Shown: one piece after another, positions 36,481-45,799 of the stretch
Layout: every line of letters starts with the position of its first letter
How positions within the stretch are numbered: the stretch's first letter is position 1
Assembly (NCBI GenBank): GCA_045637625.1
Contig: JAZTZU010000062.1
Location: 1 to 49,301, forward strand
Source of the DNA: Eubacteriales bacterium
GTDB lineage: Bacteria; Bacillota; Clostridia; Oscillospirales; UBA644
Reading direction: 5' to 3'
Length of the DNA: 49,301 nt
Made by a program: the position numbers and the translations under genes
The notes under the pieces: model-generated
The model's input: the letters and a program-made list of their open reading frames with translations, nothing else
Told to the model about the DNA's origin: nothing
Databases searched by the model: none

Positions 36481-37233
36481 ATGGAAATGGTATTACTTAC
36501 AGCCGCAGGGGTTGGCGGTGCAACAGTCGTTGGAGCTTTAATAGGCTTTATATTTAAAAATGTAACTCACAAATTTACGGATATTGTATTGTCATTTGCC
36601 GCGGGCGTTATGCTTGCTGCCGCTGTTTTAGGGTTGATACTTCCCTCTTTGGAATATGGCGGTGAACTGGGAATTATAATGACAGTTGTCGGAATTTTTG
36701 CAGGTGCACTTTGCTTAAATGTTGTAGATAAATTGGTTCCGCATTTACACAAGCTTATGGGTCCGGATATTGAGTCTCATAACAATGCAAACCTGAGTAA
36801 GGTTTTACTTTTTGTTATGGCAATAGCAATTCATAACCTTCCTGAAGGTATAGCTGCCGGGGTCGGTTTCGGATCCGGAGATGTTTCTCAGGCTTTGATA
36901 ATTGCTGGTGGTATTGCTTTACAGAATATTCCTGAAGGTATGGTTATTATCGGACCGATGATTGCTGCAGGTGTTACTCCGAGAAGAACTTTTGTGTGTG
37001 CGATGATGACGGGACTGATCGAGGTTATCGGAACACTTATCGGTTATTTTGCAGTAAGCCTATCAACTGCTATACTTCCCTTTGCGTTGGCTTTTGCAGG
37101 AGGTACGATGCTCTATGTTATCAGCGATGAAATGATTCCCGAAACTCATGCCCATGGAAATGAACGAGGCGCTACTTACGCATTGCTTGTAGGTTTTTGT
37201 CTTATGCTCGTGACGGATGTCCTGTTAGGATAA
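36481..37233 (+). CDS. zupT: ZIP-family zinc/metal transporter (ZupT-like)
   Basis: Signature HNLPEG (twice: HNLPEGIAAG, LQNIPEGM) in transmembrane helices IV/V, His-rich loop, 8 transmembrane segments. Confidence 0.85.
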   Translation: MEMVLLTAAGVGGATVVGALIGFIFKNVTHKFTDIVLSFAAGVMLAAAVLGLILPSLEYGGELGIIMTVVGIFAGALCLNVVDKLVPHLHKLMGPDIESHNNANLSKVLLFVMAIAIHNLPEGIAAGVGFGSGDVSQALIIAGGIALQNIPEGMVIIGPMIAAGVTPRRTFVCAMMTGLIEVIGTLIGYFAVSLSTAILPFALAFAGGTMLYVISDEMIPETHAHGNERGATYALLVGFCLMLVTDVLLG

Positions 37234-37319
37234 TATTTTGCAAACAAATCAAATAATAAATATAAATTTTTAGCCTATCCGTGTTCATCGGAGAGGCTTT
37301 TAACTCTTAATAAATAATT

Positions 37320-38978
37320 TTATAATCCTGCTTCGTACTCATTCCAGACTTCCTGAATTTTTCGTAAATCGTCATCAGTTAATGGCATGAGTCCGTAAAG
37401 AGAAGGGATTCCTATTTTTGCGGAAACTTCGTTGTGATAATGAATATGCTGATTATTTCCGGTAAAGAAATTTGCTCCGTCTGTATCTATCAGCGCATTT
37501 GGAAATACTGCACGGGTAAATGCTGTTCTGTACTTCATAATAGAGACAGTTGAGCGCTGTGAAGAATTATAATCATGCAAACGAATTTGGTCAAATACAT
37601 CTGAAAAATATGGATGAGTAACACTTGTATTTATAAGAGCATCGGGTTTTGCTTTTTTAGATAATTTATAAATTGTTTCGTAATAAAAATGCATAAGTTC
37701 CATACCTGCCATACCTTCTTTTGAAGCATGTCCTGATATGTTGTTCGGGGGGATTCTGTAAATATAATCAAGTTTGAAACCATCACAGTTCATACAACCG
37801 GGTTCGTCACTTAAAAGTTTATGGATAATTTTCTCAAGACGGTTGATATATGCAGGTGATGTGGGGTCAACTGTAACATTTTCGCCTGTATCCTGGATAC
37901 ATTCATCACCTGAAAGTCCGTGAGGCGACCAAAGTCTCCACCAAAGCAATACATGTTTTCCCGCAGCATGGCAGGCATCTGTAAACGCACGCATATCTGG
38001 CCACTTATCTGTGTCAGGTTCCATGGTTCCGTAATCTTTTTGCCATTTGTCATCAATTATTATGATACCGGGATTAAGTCCTGCGTTATCCATTCTTGCA
38101 ATCATTTGCTCGTAATGTTCTTGAGTTGCATAATCTTTAGTGTAATCCCCATCCCAGTTTGCAAGAAAATATTGCTCTAACCAACCGCAGTATATCGGTT
38201 TTTTCCACCAAAGAGGTACATTCTTGGGGTCTGGAGGTAATGGGAATTCAAACTTCTGACGACACCAGTCGGAATATTCTCGAATTATATCAAAATCATC
38301 CGTTCCAAAACCGAACCAAACTGTTGGAGTACACCATTCCGAAGGTTTCAAAGATCCTTTATCGTAAGGTAATTCAATGTGCATAGCCTGTTTACCCTGA
38401 TATCTGATAGTTGCACTTGAGTAGGTGTTCTCCCCTTTTTTCGCTGAAAATCCGATTCCTATGATTTCATCGTTAGCATCATTGAAAAATGGGAAGACAA
38501 ATGGCGGGGGTGATGCCAAACCCAGTTCGAGTTCGAGGTCTGACCCTACAAATCGTTTAGCCCTTTCATAGTCTATATCTCCGCCTTGAATAAGCAGGCA
38601 TCCTGAAGTAAAATACCTGGTTGCAGGTATATTGCAGCCACCCTTGAAATAATTGATTTTGTCAGGGATACCGCCGTCTCCTTTAACATGTACATCATAT
38701 GTGACATGGTCTTTATAAACACTTAAAATGTATCGTTTTTCTTTCCAAAAAGAGGATGTTGCTTTATAATAAAGACGTATGCAATCGTCTGAAGTTTCTT
38801 CATATTCGAATTTTACTTCCTGATCGATGTCATCTGCACCTTGCATGATAACGGAAGATGAGATCGGAAAAGAAAATAATTGCCAACCTTTAGCGTAAAA
38901 ATCAAATCTGTTATCAAAAATTTTTAGTTCTACATTTTCGTAAGAGGGAAACGTCAAAGTTTTCATTGTAATCTCCAT
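37320..38978 (-). CDS. Putative glycoside hydrolase, clan GH-D (GH27/GH36-like alpha-galactosidase fold)
   Basis: TIM-barrel catalytic motif IIIDDKWQKDYG...DTDKWPD matches the DDGW...KFP nucleophile region of melibiase-type enzymes. No signal peptide. Confidence 0.5.
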   Translation of the reverse strand: MEITMKTLTFPSYENVELKIFDNRFDFYAKGWQLFSFPISSSVIMQGADDIDQEVKFEYEETSDDCIRLYYKATSSFWKEKRYILSVYKDHVTYDVHVKGDGGIPDKINYFKGGCNIPATRYFTSGCLLIQGGDIDYERAKRFVGSDLELELGLASPPPFVFPFFNDANDEIIGIGFSAKKGENTYSSATIRYQGKQAMHIELPYDKGSLKPSEWCTPTVWFGFGTDDFDIIREYSDWCRQKFEFPLPPDPKNVPLWWKKPIYCGWLEQYFLANWDGDYTKDYATQEHYEQMIARMDNAGLNPGIIIIDDKWQKDYGTMEPDTDKWPDMRAFTDACHAAGKHVLLWWRLWSPHGLSGDECIQDTGENVTVDPTSPAYINRLEKIIHKLLSDEPGCMNCDGFKLDYIYRIPPNNISGHASKEGMAGMELMHFYYETIYKLSKKAKPDALINTSVTHPYFSDVFDQIRLHDYNSSQRSTVSIMKYRTAFTRAVFPNALIDTDGANFFTGNNQHIHYHNEVSAKIGIPSLYGLMPLTDDDLRKIQEVWNEYEAGL

Positions 38979-38996
38979 TCTGTCTTTAAGTCCGTT

Positions 38997-39398
38997 TTAG
39001 TGGTTGCCGCAATTCCCACCGCAACTGTGTTCTCCGCAGTCATGACTTTCGTCATGGTGTTCTCCGTGGTGGTTACATTTAACATTGGGGTTGAACTCAA
39101 GGTCTCCGGCAAGAAATGCTTCTACAGCTTCGTCTGCATCTCCTTTTACTCCACCGAAAAGTTTGATTCCTGCATTGGCAAGTGCTGTCTGAGCTCCTCC
39201 GCCGATTCCTCCGCAAATGAGAACATCAACTCCGAACATTCTGAGAAGTCCCGCCAAAGCACCGTGGCCGCTTCCGTTTGAGCTCATTATTTCTGTTTTA
39301 ATAATTTTGCCGTCTTCGATATCATAAAGCTTAAACTGCTCTGTGTGTCCGAAATGTTGGAAAATTTCACCGTTTGAATAAGTTGTTGCGATTATCAT
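38997..39398 (-). CDS. NifB/NifX-family (dinitrogenase FeMo-cofactor-binding fold) protein with His/Cys-rich C-terminal tail
   Basis: MIIATTYSNGEIFQHFGHTEQFKLYD... typical of the small NifX/NafY-like proteins. C-terminal tail HHGEHHDESHDCGEHSCGGNCGNH. Confidence 0.7.
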   Translation of the reverse strand: MIIATTYSNGEIFQHFGHTEQFKLYDIEDGKIIKTEIMSSNGSGHGALAGLLRMFGVDVLICGGIGGGAQTALANAGIKLFGGVKGDADEAVEAFLAGDLEFNPNVKCNHHGEHHDESHDCGEHSCGGNCGNH

Positions 39399-39550
39399 TT
39401 AATTACCTCTTTTATGAATGTTATTATATTTGTGAACAACATTGTATCACATTTTCCTTCGACAGTCAACCTTATTTACGTAAACTACTTGTTAAAACTT
39501 TTAAAATGTGATAAAAAGCATTGAAAGAAACTAAATATGGCGGTGTTAAC

Positions 39551-39643
39551 GGTGATCCTGATATGATTCTTCTTGAAAATAAGCATTGGCTTCGATAATT
39601 TTTTTTGAAACCAAATCAAATCTTTCTACACTATTGAAAGGAG
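39551..39643 (+). repeat. Direct repeat copy A (~93 bp): fossil 3' end of a paralogous gene (..NGDPDMILLENKHWLR*) plus downstream junction
   Basis: ~85% identical by eye to 40428-40524, which is the genuine 3' end plus downstream sequence of the 39750-40472 gene. Confidence 0.7.
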
Positions 39644-39749
39644 ACCAAAACGGTGACGGATTGGGCATAAGCTGATTATAATCATATTATGCATCAGTTT
39701 TCGGCGCATGACAATAAAATCAAATAAAAAACATGGAAAGGTGACGAAT

Positions 39750-40472
39750 ATGACAGAGATTATTATTTTAGGTACATTTCATTTCAACAGTATGCCTGAA
39801 TATATTTTTTCTCAAAAGGTACAACAAGAACTTGACGTTTTTACTGATAAGATTAAAGAGATAAAGCCTACTAAGATAGCGGTTGAAATTCCAAAAATCT
39901 TTCAGAATGAACTTGATTCGTTTTATGCTGATTTTATGCTTGCTGATATTGAAAAGAACTTTATTCTTGGAACAGTTGAGTTTTGGGGACATCAATTTTC
40001 TTTTAAATCAGTAAATGAAGTTGTTCAAGTAGCCTTTCGTTCGGGACGAAAGTTAGGGCTTGAAAAAATATATGCGGTAGACTATCCTACTGAGCTTTCA
40101 GATGAATTAGAAGAAAAAATCAAAAGTGAATACAGTGATTACGAAAAAGATCTTTCTATGATTCGCAAAATGAATGGTTCTTCTGAAGATATTATTTCAA
40201 AATACCGAATACACAATAGTGAAGAATATATATTTGTTGACAATGGAATGTTCAGTAAAATGAATAAAGTAAATTTAGGAAACTATGAAGGAACACAATA
40301 TGTTCTTCAATGGTACGATCGTAATCTAAGAATCTTTTCAAATTTACAGAATATATGTAAGGACGGGGATCGGATTTTATTATTGATCGGTAGTTCTCAC
40401 TTGAAAATTCTGAAAGACCTTGTTAATGGTGATCTTGATATGATTCTTATAGAAAATAAGAATTGGCTTTGA
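39750..40472 (+). CDS. Hypothetical protein, TraB/GumN/ChaN-superfamily-like (DUF5694-like)
   Basis: 240 aa starting MTEIIILGTFHF (GTxH motif) with ribosome-binding site GGAAAGGTGA. The ORF-track start 39708 is upstream of the ribosome-binding site. Confidence 0.45.
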   Translation: MTEIIILGTFHFNSMPEYIFSQKVQQELDVFTDKIKEIKPTKIAVEIPKIFQNELDSFYADFMLADIEKNFILGTVEFWGHQFSFKSVNEVVQVAFRSGRKLGLEKIYAVDYPTELSDELEEKIKSEYSDYEKDLSMIRKMNGSSEDIISKYRIHNSEEYIFVDNGMFSKMNKVNLGNYEGTQYVLQWYDRNLRIFSNLQNICKDGDRILLLIGSSHLKILKDLVNGDLDMILIENKNWL

Positions 40473-40524
40473 TAATTTTTTTGAAACCAAATTAAACCTT
40501 GCAACACTATATAAGTGAAAGGAG
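40428..40524 (+). repeat. Direct repeat copy B (~97 bp), spanning the last 15 codons of the 39750-40472 gene and the sigma-factor gene leader and ribosome-binding site
   Basis: Aligns with 39551-39643 (ggtgatcYtgatatgattctt...gaaaataag.attggctt.gataa(t)tttttttgaaaccaaat.aaa...acactat..tgaaaggag). Confidence 0.7.
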
Positions 40525-40533
40525 GTCAGGACG

Positions 40534-42156
40534 ATGAATAATAAAATGATTTCAGCGGAACTTATAAGAGATTTTACCGAAAATTACATGGGAAAGATAT
40601 TTTATTTCTGCTTACGTAAAACAGGTGACAGTTATGAAGCGGAAGATCTTACTTCGGAAATAACGTTAAGCATTATTTCAGCATTGAGTAAAGGATCGAT
40701 TCCATATAACTTTCCTGCATGGGTATGGCAGATATCTCGCAATCTGTACAGTAAATGGGCTGCCGGCAAGTCCAGAAAAATAAAACGTACAGAAAGTTCC
40801 GATGTTGAGGGTTTCGATCTTGAGGATGATTACAGTTTTGAGGAAACGCTTGAAAATAAGGAGCTCCTCGCGATAATAAAGCGTGAACTTGCGTTTATAT
40901 CATCTGATTACAGAAATATCCTTGTAGCATTTTATATCGAAGACCGTAAGGTTCGGGATATTGCATCGTTGTTGAATCTTCCGGAAGGTACAGTGAAAAC
41001 AAAGCTTCACCGTGCTCGTAAAATTTTGAAAGAAGGTATAGATATGGCAAGAGAATTTGGCAGAAGAAGTTATAAACCTGAAAATGTTAGTTTTTCCAAC
41101 AGCTGTGATGCGTTTGGTGATAACGGTCAGCCTTGGACAATATTGAATCACTCTATGTATAAGAATATTTTCCTTGAAGTTTACGGAAATCCCGAAACTG
41201 CTGAACAGTTGGCTCTTGAACTCGGCATTGCACTTCCCTACATGGAAGATGAACTTGAATTCTTGGTAAAAGAAACATTTCTTATCAAAAACGGTGATAA
41301 ATACGAAACTTCATTCCCGATAATCAGTAAAGAAGCTCAGTTGAAGCTTCAGAAAGAAGTTGATGCATGGACTCCCAAAGCTACTGAAATGCTCGAGAAT
41401 TTTGTTGATACAATTTGCTCCATTTGCGAGAAAAACGGTAAATCTCTCTACGGAAACTATCAAACTTACGAAGACGCAAAATGGACATTGCTTCCGATTG
41501 CATTCGATTATTTCAGACGCAAATATTGGATGAAAGATTTCACTTATACAAAACGTCCCGATAACGGTGCATGGGACATTGTCGGTTTTGAAGATACCGG
41601 AATTGAATCATTACCTTTTATAGGTTTAAACGGAAACCTTAGTTATAACGAGAATGAACCGTATGTATATTGGGGTCAGTATAAGTATGCTATGGATGAT
41701 ATATGCAATAAGACTCCCTGGAAAATTTCTCAGGAAGAAGCTTATTCAATGAAACTTATCCATGAGGGCAAGATTGATGAGGTCAAGCCTTACATCGTAG
41801 AAAATCTTGTGAAATACGGCTACTTGAAAAAATCGGATATCGGTTATGAACTTCAGATTTTAGTCCTTGAAGATTTGGATTCCGTAATTAAAGGTTTTTC
41901 CGAAGCAGATCAGAAGATCGTTAACGATATGATTGAAGATATTACTGCATATTTTAAAATTGCATATGATTTCGGTAATGAGATAGTAAGAAAAGATCTT
42001 CCGAAAGCAATACGAGACAACGAAAAACTTACTCAGTTTGCATCTCATGATGAAGCTTTTGACAGAAGATATGTATTTATGCACGCATTGAAGACCGGTT
42101 GGATCAGGTATGATGAAAATACAAGCGATACAGTCGGTGCGTTTCTTCTTGTGTAA
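40534..42156 (+). CDS. ECF-type sigma-70 factor fused to a ~370-aa soluble C-terminal extension of unknown function
   Basis: Region 2 (EDLTSEITLSII...FPAWVWQISRNLY) and region 4 HTH (RNILVAFYIEDRKVRDIASLLNLPEGTVKTKLHRARKIL) in the first ~170 aa. No transmembrane segment in the remainder. Confidence 0.7.
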   Translation: MNNKMISAELIRDFTENYMGKIFYFCLRKTGDSYEAEDLTSEITLSIISALSKGSIPYNFPAWVWQISRNLYSKWAAGKSRKIKRTESSDVEGFDLEDDYSFEETLENKELLAIIKRELAFISSDYRNILVAFYIEDRKVRDIASLLNLPEGTVKTKLHRARKILKEGIDMAREFGRRSYKPENVSFSNSCDAFGDNGQPWTILNHSMYKNIFLEVYGNPETAEQLALELGIALPYMEDELEFLVKETFLIKNGDKYETSFPIISKEAQLKLQKEVDAWTPKATEMLENFVDTICSICEKNGKSLYGNYQTYEDAKWTLLPIAFDYFRRKYWMKDFTYTKRPDNGAWDIVGFEDTGIESLPFIGLNGNLSYNENEPYVYWGQYKYAMDDICNKTPWKISQEEAYSMKLIHEGKIDEVKPYIVENLVKYGYLKKSDIGYELQILVLEDLDSVIKGFSEADQKIVNDMIEDITAYFKIAYDFGNEIVRKDLPKAIRDNEKLTQFASHDEAFDRRYVFMHALKTGWIRYDENTSDTVGAFLLV

Positions 42157-42165
42157 CAATTTGAT

Positions 42166-42206
42166 AGAAAAACAGCCAGCGGTTTCCCGTTGGCTGCAAA
42201 TTTTTA
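42166..42206. terminator. Bidirectional intrinsic terminator between convergent genes
   Basis: cagccagcgg (42173-82) / ccgttggctg (42187-96) with G.U wobble, loop tttc, A5 upstream and T5 downstream. Confidence 0.6.
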
Positions 42207-45200
42207 TTCTTTTATAAGTTTGTATAATGCACATTCCTGCTGATGCAGCTTGAAAAATACTCCCTGAACGATTCCGTCTTTTTTCAGTAATGCAGGTTTC
42301 TTTCCGTAAAGAGGTTCAATATCTGTCACTTTGATATTATTGAATTTGACAGTTGATTCCCATGTACGTTCTGTGTCAGCGAGGTCGTAGTCCGAGTAGT
42401 CTATTACAAGCATGAGCGTGTTTCCGTGTTCGTCTTCAAACAGTGTTAATCCTGCACCGTCAGACTTTGCGACGGGGGTAGATATTTCTGTCAAGGACTG
42501 AACTGTCATCGCACGTACCAAAGGACTGATATTTGTAGCTGCAAAGAGAGGGTGATTTTCATATGTTCTGTGTCCCAGCTGGTCAATAGAAGCGTTTACA
42601 AGGCAAGTCCTCTCCCCTTTTATTATCGCAGGATAATCTTCTCCGTCAAGGCCTTCAGCCCAAAGAGCAACAGAGTTGTTGTTTTCGGGAACATAAAGGA
42701 ATTCTGCATGGTCAGGGTAAATATTTTCAGTGGTTCCTGAAGCTGTCCTCAACTTGAAAATTTCAGCCGTGGTTTTACGTTCCTCAACTCTGAAAATATC
42801 TTCAAAACCTTTTACGTCTCCTATTGCATAGAGTGAAACTCCTTCATTATAAAGCTTTCTGATGTGAGTGATTACATTATCCGGAGCAAAACTTGTTGAC
42901 GGTAAAACTATACAGTCTGTCATTTCCGAGGTCAGGTTAAGGATTGATTTGTAAGATACCGTAAATCCGTTAGGTAAACCGCTGAATCTTGAGGTCTCAA
43001 ACATATAGGACAGTCCTACATTGCTTCTGTTTGAGAACCAAAATTCATTTCCGTTTGTTATTACTTTATCTTCAGCGAGCGATACTTCTGAAAGAAATGC
43101 TGTTGATTTTAAAGGCCTTACAGGTTTATGATTTCGGACGTTTTTCCACCCTTTGATAAAGGCGTCTGTAAATTCTTCCGTGAAATCTCTTTGCATAAAT
43201 CCGTAGGTGTTCCAATATGAAAATCCTTCAGCTGTCAGATAGGACGTATTGAATGCGTATTCGTAAGAATGTGTAACATTGAAATACGGCTGCATATCAT
43301 ATTTTCCTATTGGCGGATGTGCGTCTTTTACCGCTCCGTCTATACAGCCTCCCGGAGATGAGGTATATTCCTCAGGATATACTGTCAGGTTGGGATTATG
43401 AAGAAGTACATGCATAAGGAATCCAGGACCTTTAAAGGTGTTGTATGAACATGAATATGGATAGTCTTCCAACTGTGCGAATCCGTCAAACAATGTTTCA
43501 GCAAGATAACCTTCGGTTTTTGAACCGACATAGTTCAGTCCGTGATGAGTTGTCAGAGATCCGTAATATATTGGGAATGGACCGTAACAAGCTCTTTTGA
43601 TATCCGGATTTATACTCTTGAGCCATTTGTTCTGTTCAATAACAGTTTTTTCTATTGCGTCAAGTGCGTATTCAGTCCAATCTTTCATGCAAACGCTAAG
43701 CAATTTGACCAACTGTTCTGATGAGATCTCAGTATGATGATCTTCAAGACCGATAACGTTATATTCAGGGTGTATTTTGAGAAATTCCTTAAGATTTTTT
43801 ATAAGCCTGTTTCCGTTGTATGTTCTTGTATCAACTATATCATGGCGGACACATGCCCATTCATATGGAGTTGTGTAGTAGCAATAGTCGCTGTTCTTAA
43901 GAATATCTTCATTGTATTCTTTGAATTCCTCTTTTGTAAGAGTTCTGTGATCACTGTCCCAAACGTACCATTTTCGGCCGAAGATCTGATTCGTTTCCCA
44001 GATACGTTTCTTCATCCCTATATCTCCTGTCATTCCCGAATATGAAATATAATGTTCCATATTGCAGTCGGGAACAGGGTTGTACAGATCGAAAGCATCC
44101 CTGTCAAGATATCTCTGCTCATTCGGCATTGAAAACAGTATTGGAAGACCTGATTCAGTAGGTGCACACTTTTTACCGGTGGAGTCATAAACTTCAAAAA
44201 CGATTTCTTTTTCAGTGAACAGTTCTTCTCCGTAATATGCATAAAACTTTATTCTGTATACACCGATATCAAGCGGGTCACTTGAGAAGTTGAACATATC
44301 TTCATTCTCTGAATGGGTCATTTTTTTTATGAAGTCTCCGTAAACATCAAGAAGTTCTGCTTTTACAGTTATGTAGTCTTTATCCTTATCTGTTACGACT
44401 TTTGTATTAAATGAAATATCTTCAGATTTGTCAAAGAAATGGTTCTGTTCAAGATGAGAAATAACAGTGTCTCTGTCATATACAGAATCGGGAATCATAC
44501 AGAGAGTCTTGGGGGAATGGGATTTAACATCTATATATTCAATGCCGATTGCTTTACCTTCGCTTATGATAGATGCAGAATTGAAGTCGTAAATAAACTC
44601 TATATCTTTTTCTTCCTGCAGCCTGTATCCGGTTGCAACAAAACTTTCATATCCGAATGCTATATTCAGCTCTGAGATATCAGGATTGTCGTCAAGGCAG
44701 ATCTTTCCGTTCAATGGCATATTTTTAATGTTGAAACATTTTCGTAATATTGTCCAATGCAGTCCGGGATCTGCTACTCCGAATTTTCCGTCGTAAAGGG
44801 TATGTTTTGCTAACTCTTTATTGTCTGTTTTTCTGTATAAGGCAATGTATGGATTGGTAAAGAATGCTTTTTCGACAGAGTACTGGTCTGTATCTCTCGG
44901 ATATTCCGGATATTTTTCTCTGTATTGTGTTCCTCCGTCAAGTTTATATTCAAGATATTTAGTTTCATTCCAACTGACAATATTATAGCTGAGTGTGTAT
45001 GGTATGTTCCCACCGTTTCTTAATGGGATCACAACTGTTTTTTCTTCACAGAGCTCGTTATATTCAAGGTTGTCATTACTGGAAATCTTACTTTCAAAGA
45101 CCGCAATCTCTCCTACATTTGTAAGAAAAGCTATACCTATATTTCCTGTAGAATAATTTTTTTCTGTTGTGAATTCAAAATTGAGTCCAAAAATCTCTGC

Positions 45201-45728
45201 ATATAGTTTATTTCCGTCGTTTTTGAAAGATACGTCAAAAAACTTGAGATCGTTACTGCAGCTTTCATTTTGTTCCTCGAAAACACTCAGGATTCCTTTG
45301 TTTATTTTTCCGTGCTTAACATTAACGGATCGACTGTTGAAACTGAAGTCAACAACGTATCCGTTACGGAGCTCTTTGTTGTATCCGTAAAGGAATCGTA
45401 GCCCTGCATCCCCTTCTATTGTATGCGCACCTAATGTTAAATCTGCTGTAAAGGTGTATAGCTTGGGAGTTTTAAAGATAAAATTGTTTCCCTTGCATGA
45501 TATATAAAAGACACCGTTTTCGGTTCTGGAATGATGATGGGTGAAGAAAGAATTATCCTCAACATAGAATCCATTCGTTATTTTATTATCTTTTATATTA
45601 TCTTCGGATACACTTTTTAATCCGGATACGGAAGAGGTTCTTTTGGGTTTGATGCGATCGGAAATATTGAGCCCTCTTTCCTCAAGATTGGAGTAAACTT
45701 CGTGGTAAGTAAATTTTTTTGAATCCAT
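42204..45728 (-). CDS. Large (1174-aa) cytoplasmic protein of unknown function
   Basis: Uninterrupted ORF with a strong ribosome-binding site (AAGGAGG 8 nt upstream of ATG). No signal peptide or transmembrane segment. No motif I can assign. Confidence 0.7.
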   Translation of the reverse strand: MDSKKFTYHEVYSNLEERGLNISDRIKPKRTSSVSGLKSVSEDNIKDNKITNGFYVEDNSFFTHHHSRTENGVFYISCKGNNFIFKTPKLYTFTADLTLGAHTIEGDAGLRFLYGYNKELRNGYVVDFSFNSRSVNVKHGKINKGILSVFEEQNESCSNDLKFFDVSFKNDGNKLYAEIFGLNFEFTTEKNYSTGNIGIAFLTNVGEIAVFESKISSNDNLEYNELCEEKTVVIPLRNGGNIPYTLSYNIVSWNETKYLEYKLDGGTQYREKYPEYPRDTDQYSVEKAFFTNPYIALYRKTDNKELAKHTLYDGKFGVADPGLHWTILRKCFNIKNMPLNGKICLDDNPDISELNIAFGYESFVATGYRLQEEKDIEFIYDFNSASIISEGKAIGIEYIDVKSHSPKTLCMIPDSVYDRDTVISHLEQNHFFDKSEDISFNTKVVTDKDKDYITVKAELLDVYGDFIKKMTHSENEDMFNFSSDPLDIGVYRIKFYAYYGEELFTEKEIVFEVYDSTGKKCAPTESGLPILFSMPNEQRYLDRDAFDLYNPVPDCNMEHYISYSGMTGDIGMKKRIWETNQIFGRKWYVWDSDHRTLTKEEFKEYNEDILKNSDYCYYTTPYEWACVRHDIVDTRTYNGNRLIKNLKEFLKIHPEYNVIGLEDHHTEISSEQLVKLLSVCMKDWTEYALDAIEKTVIEQNKWLKSINPDIKRACYGPFPIYYGSLTTHHGLNYVGSKTEGYLAETLFDGFAQLEDYPYSCSYNTFKGPGFLMHVLLHNPNLTVYPEEYTSSPGGCIDGAVKDAHPPIGKYDMQPYFNVTHSYEYAFNTSYLTAEGFSYWNTYGFMQRDFTEEFTDAFIKGWKNVRNHKPVRPLKSTAFLSEVSLAEDKVITNGNEFWFSNRSNVGLSYMFETSRFSGLPNGFTVSYKSILNLTSEMTDCIVLPSTSFAPDNVITHIRKLYNEGVSLYAIGDVKGFEDIFRVEERKTTAEIFKLRTASGTTENIYPDHAEFLYVPENNNSVALWAEGLDGEDYPAIIKGERTCLVNASIDQLGHRTYENHPLFAATNISPLVRAMTVQSLTEISTPVAKSDGAGLTLFEDEHGNTLMLVIDYSDYDLADTERTWESTVKFNNIKVTDIEPLYGKKPALLKKDGIVQGVFFKLHQQECALYKLIKE

Positions 45729-45749
45729 ATTTTTCCTCCTTAAACTAAG

Positions 45750-45788
45750 AGCCCGAAAACTGCCTGCTTAGTTGAATGTTTTCGGGCT
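45750..45788 (-). terminator. Hairpin downstream of the TPM gene; possible partial terminator or attenuator before the giant gene
   Basis: agcccgaaaac (45750-60) / gttttcgggct (45778-88) with a 17-nt loop. Weak T-tract. No separate promoter recognisable for the giant gene. Confidence 0.4.
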
Positions 45789-45799
45789 GTATTGTTTTA

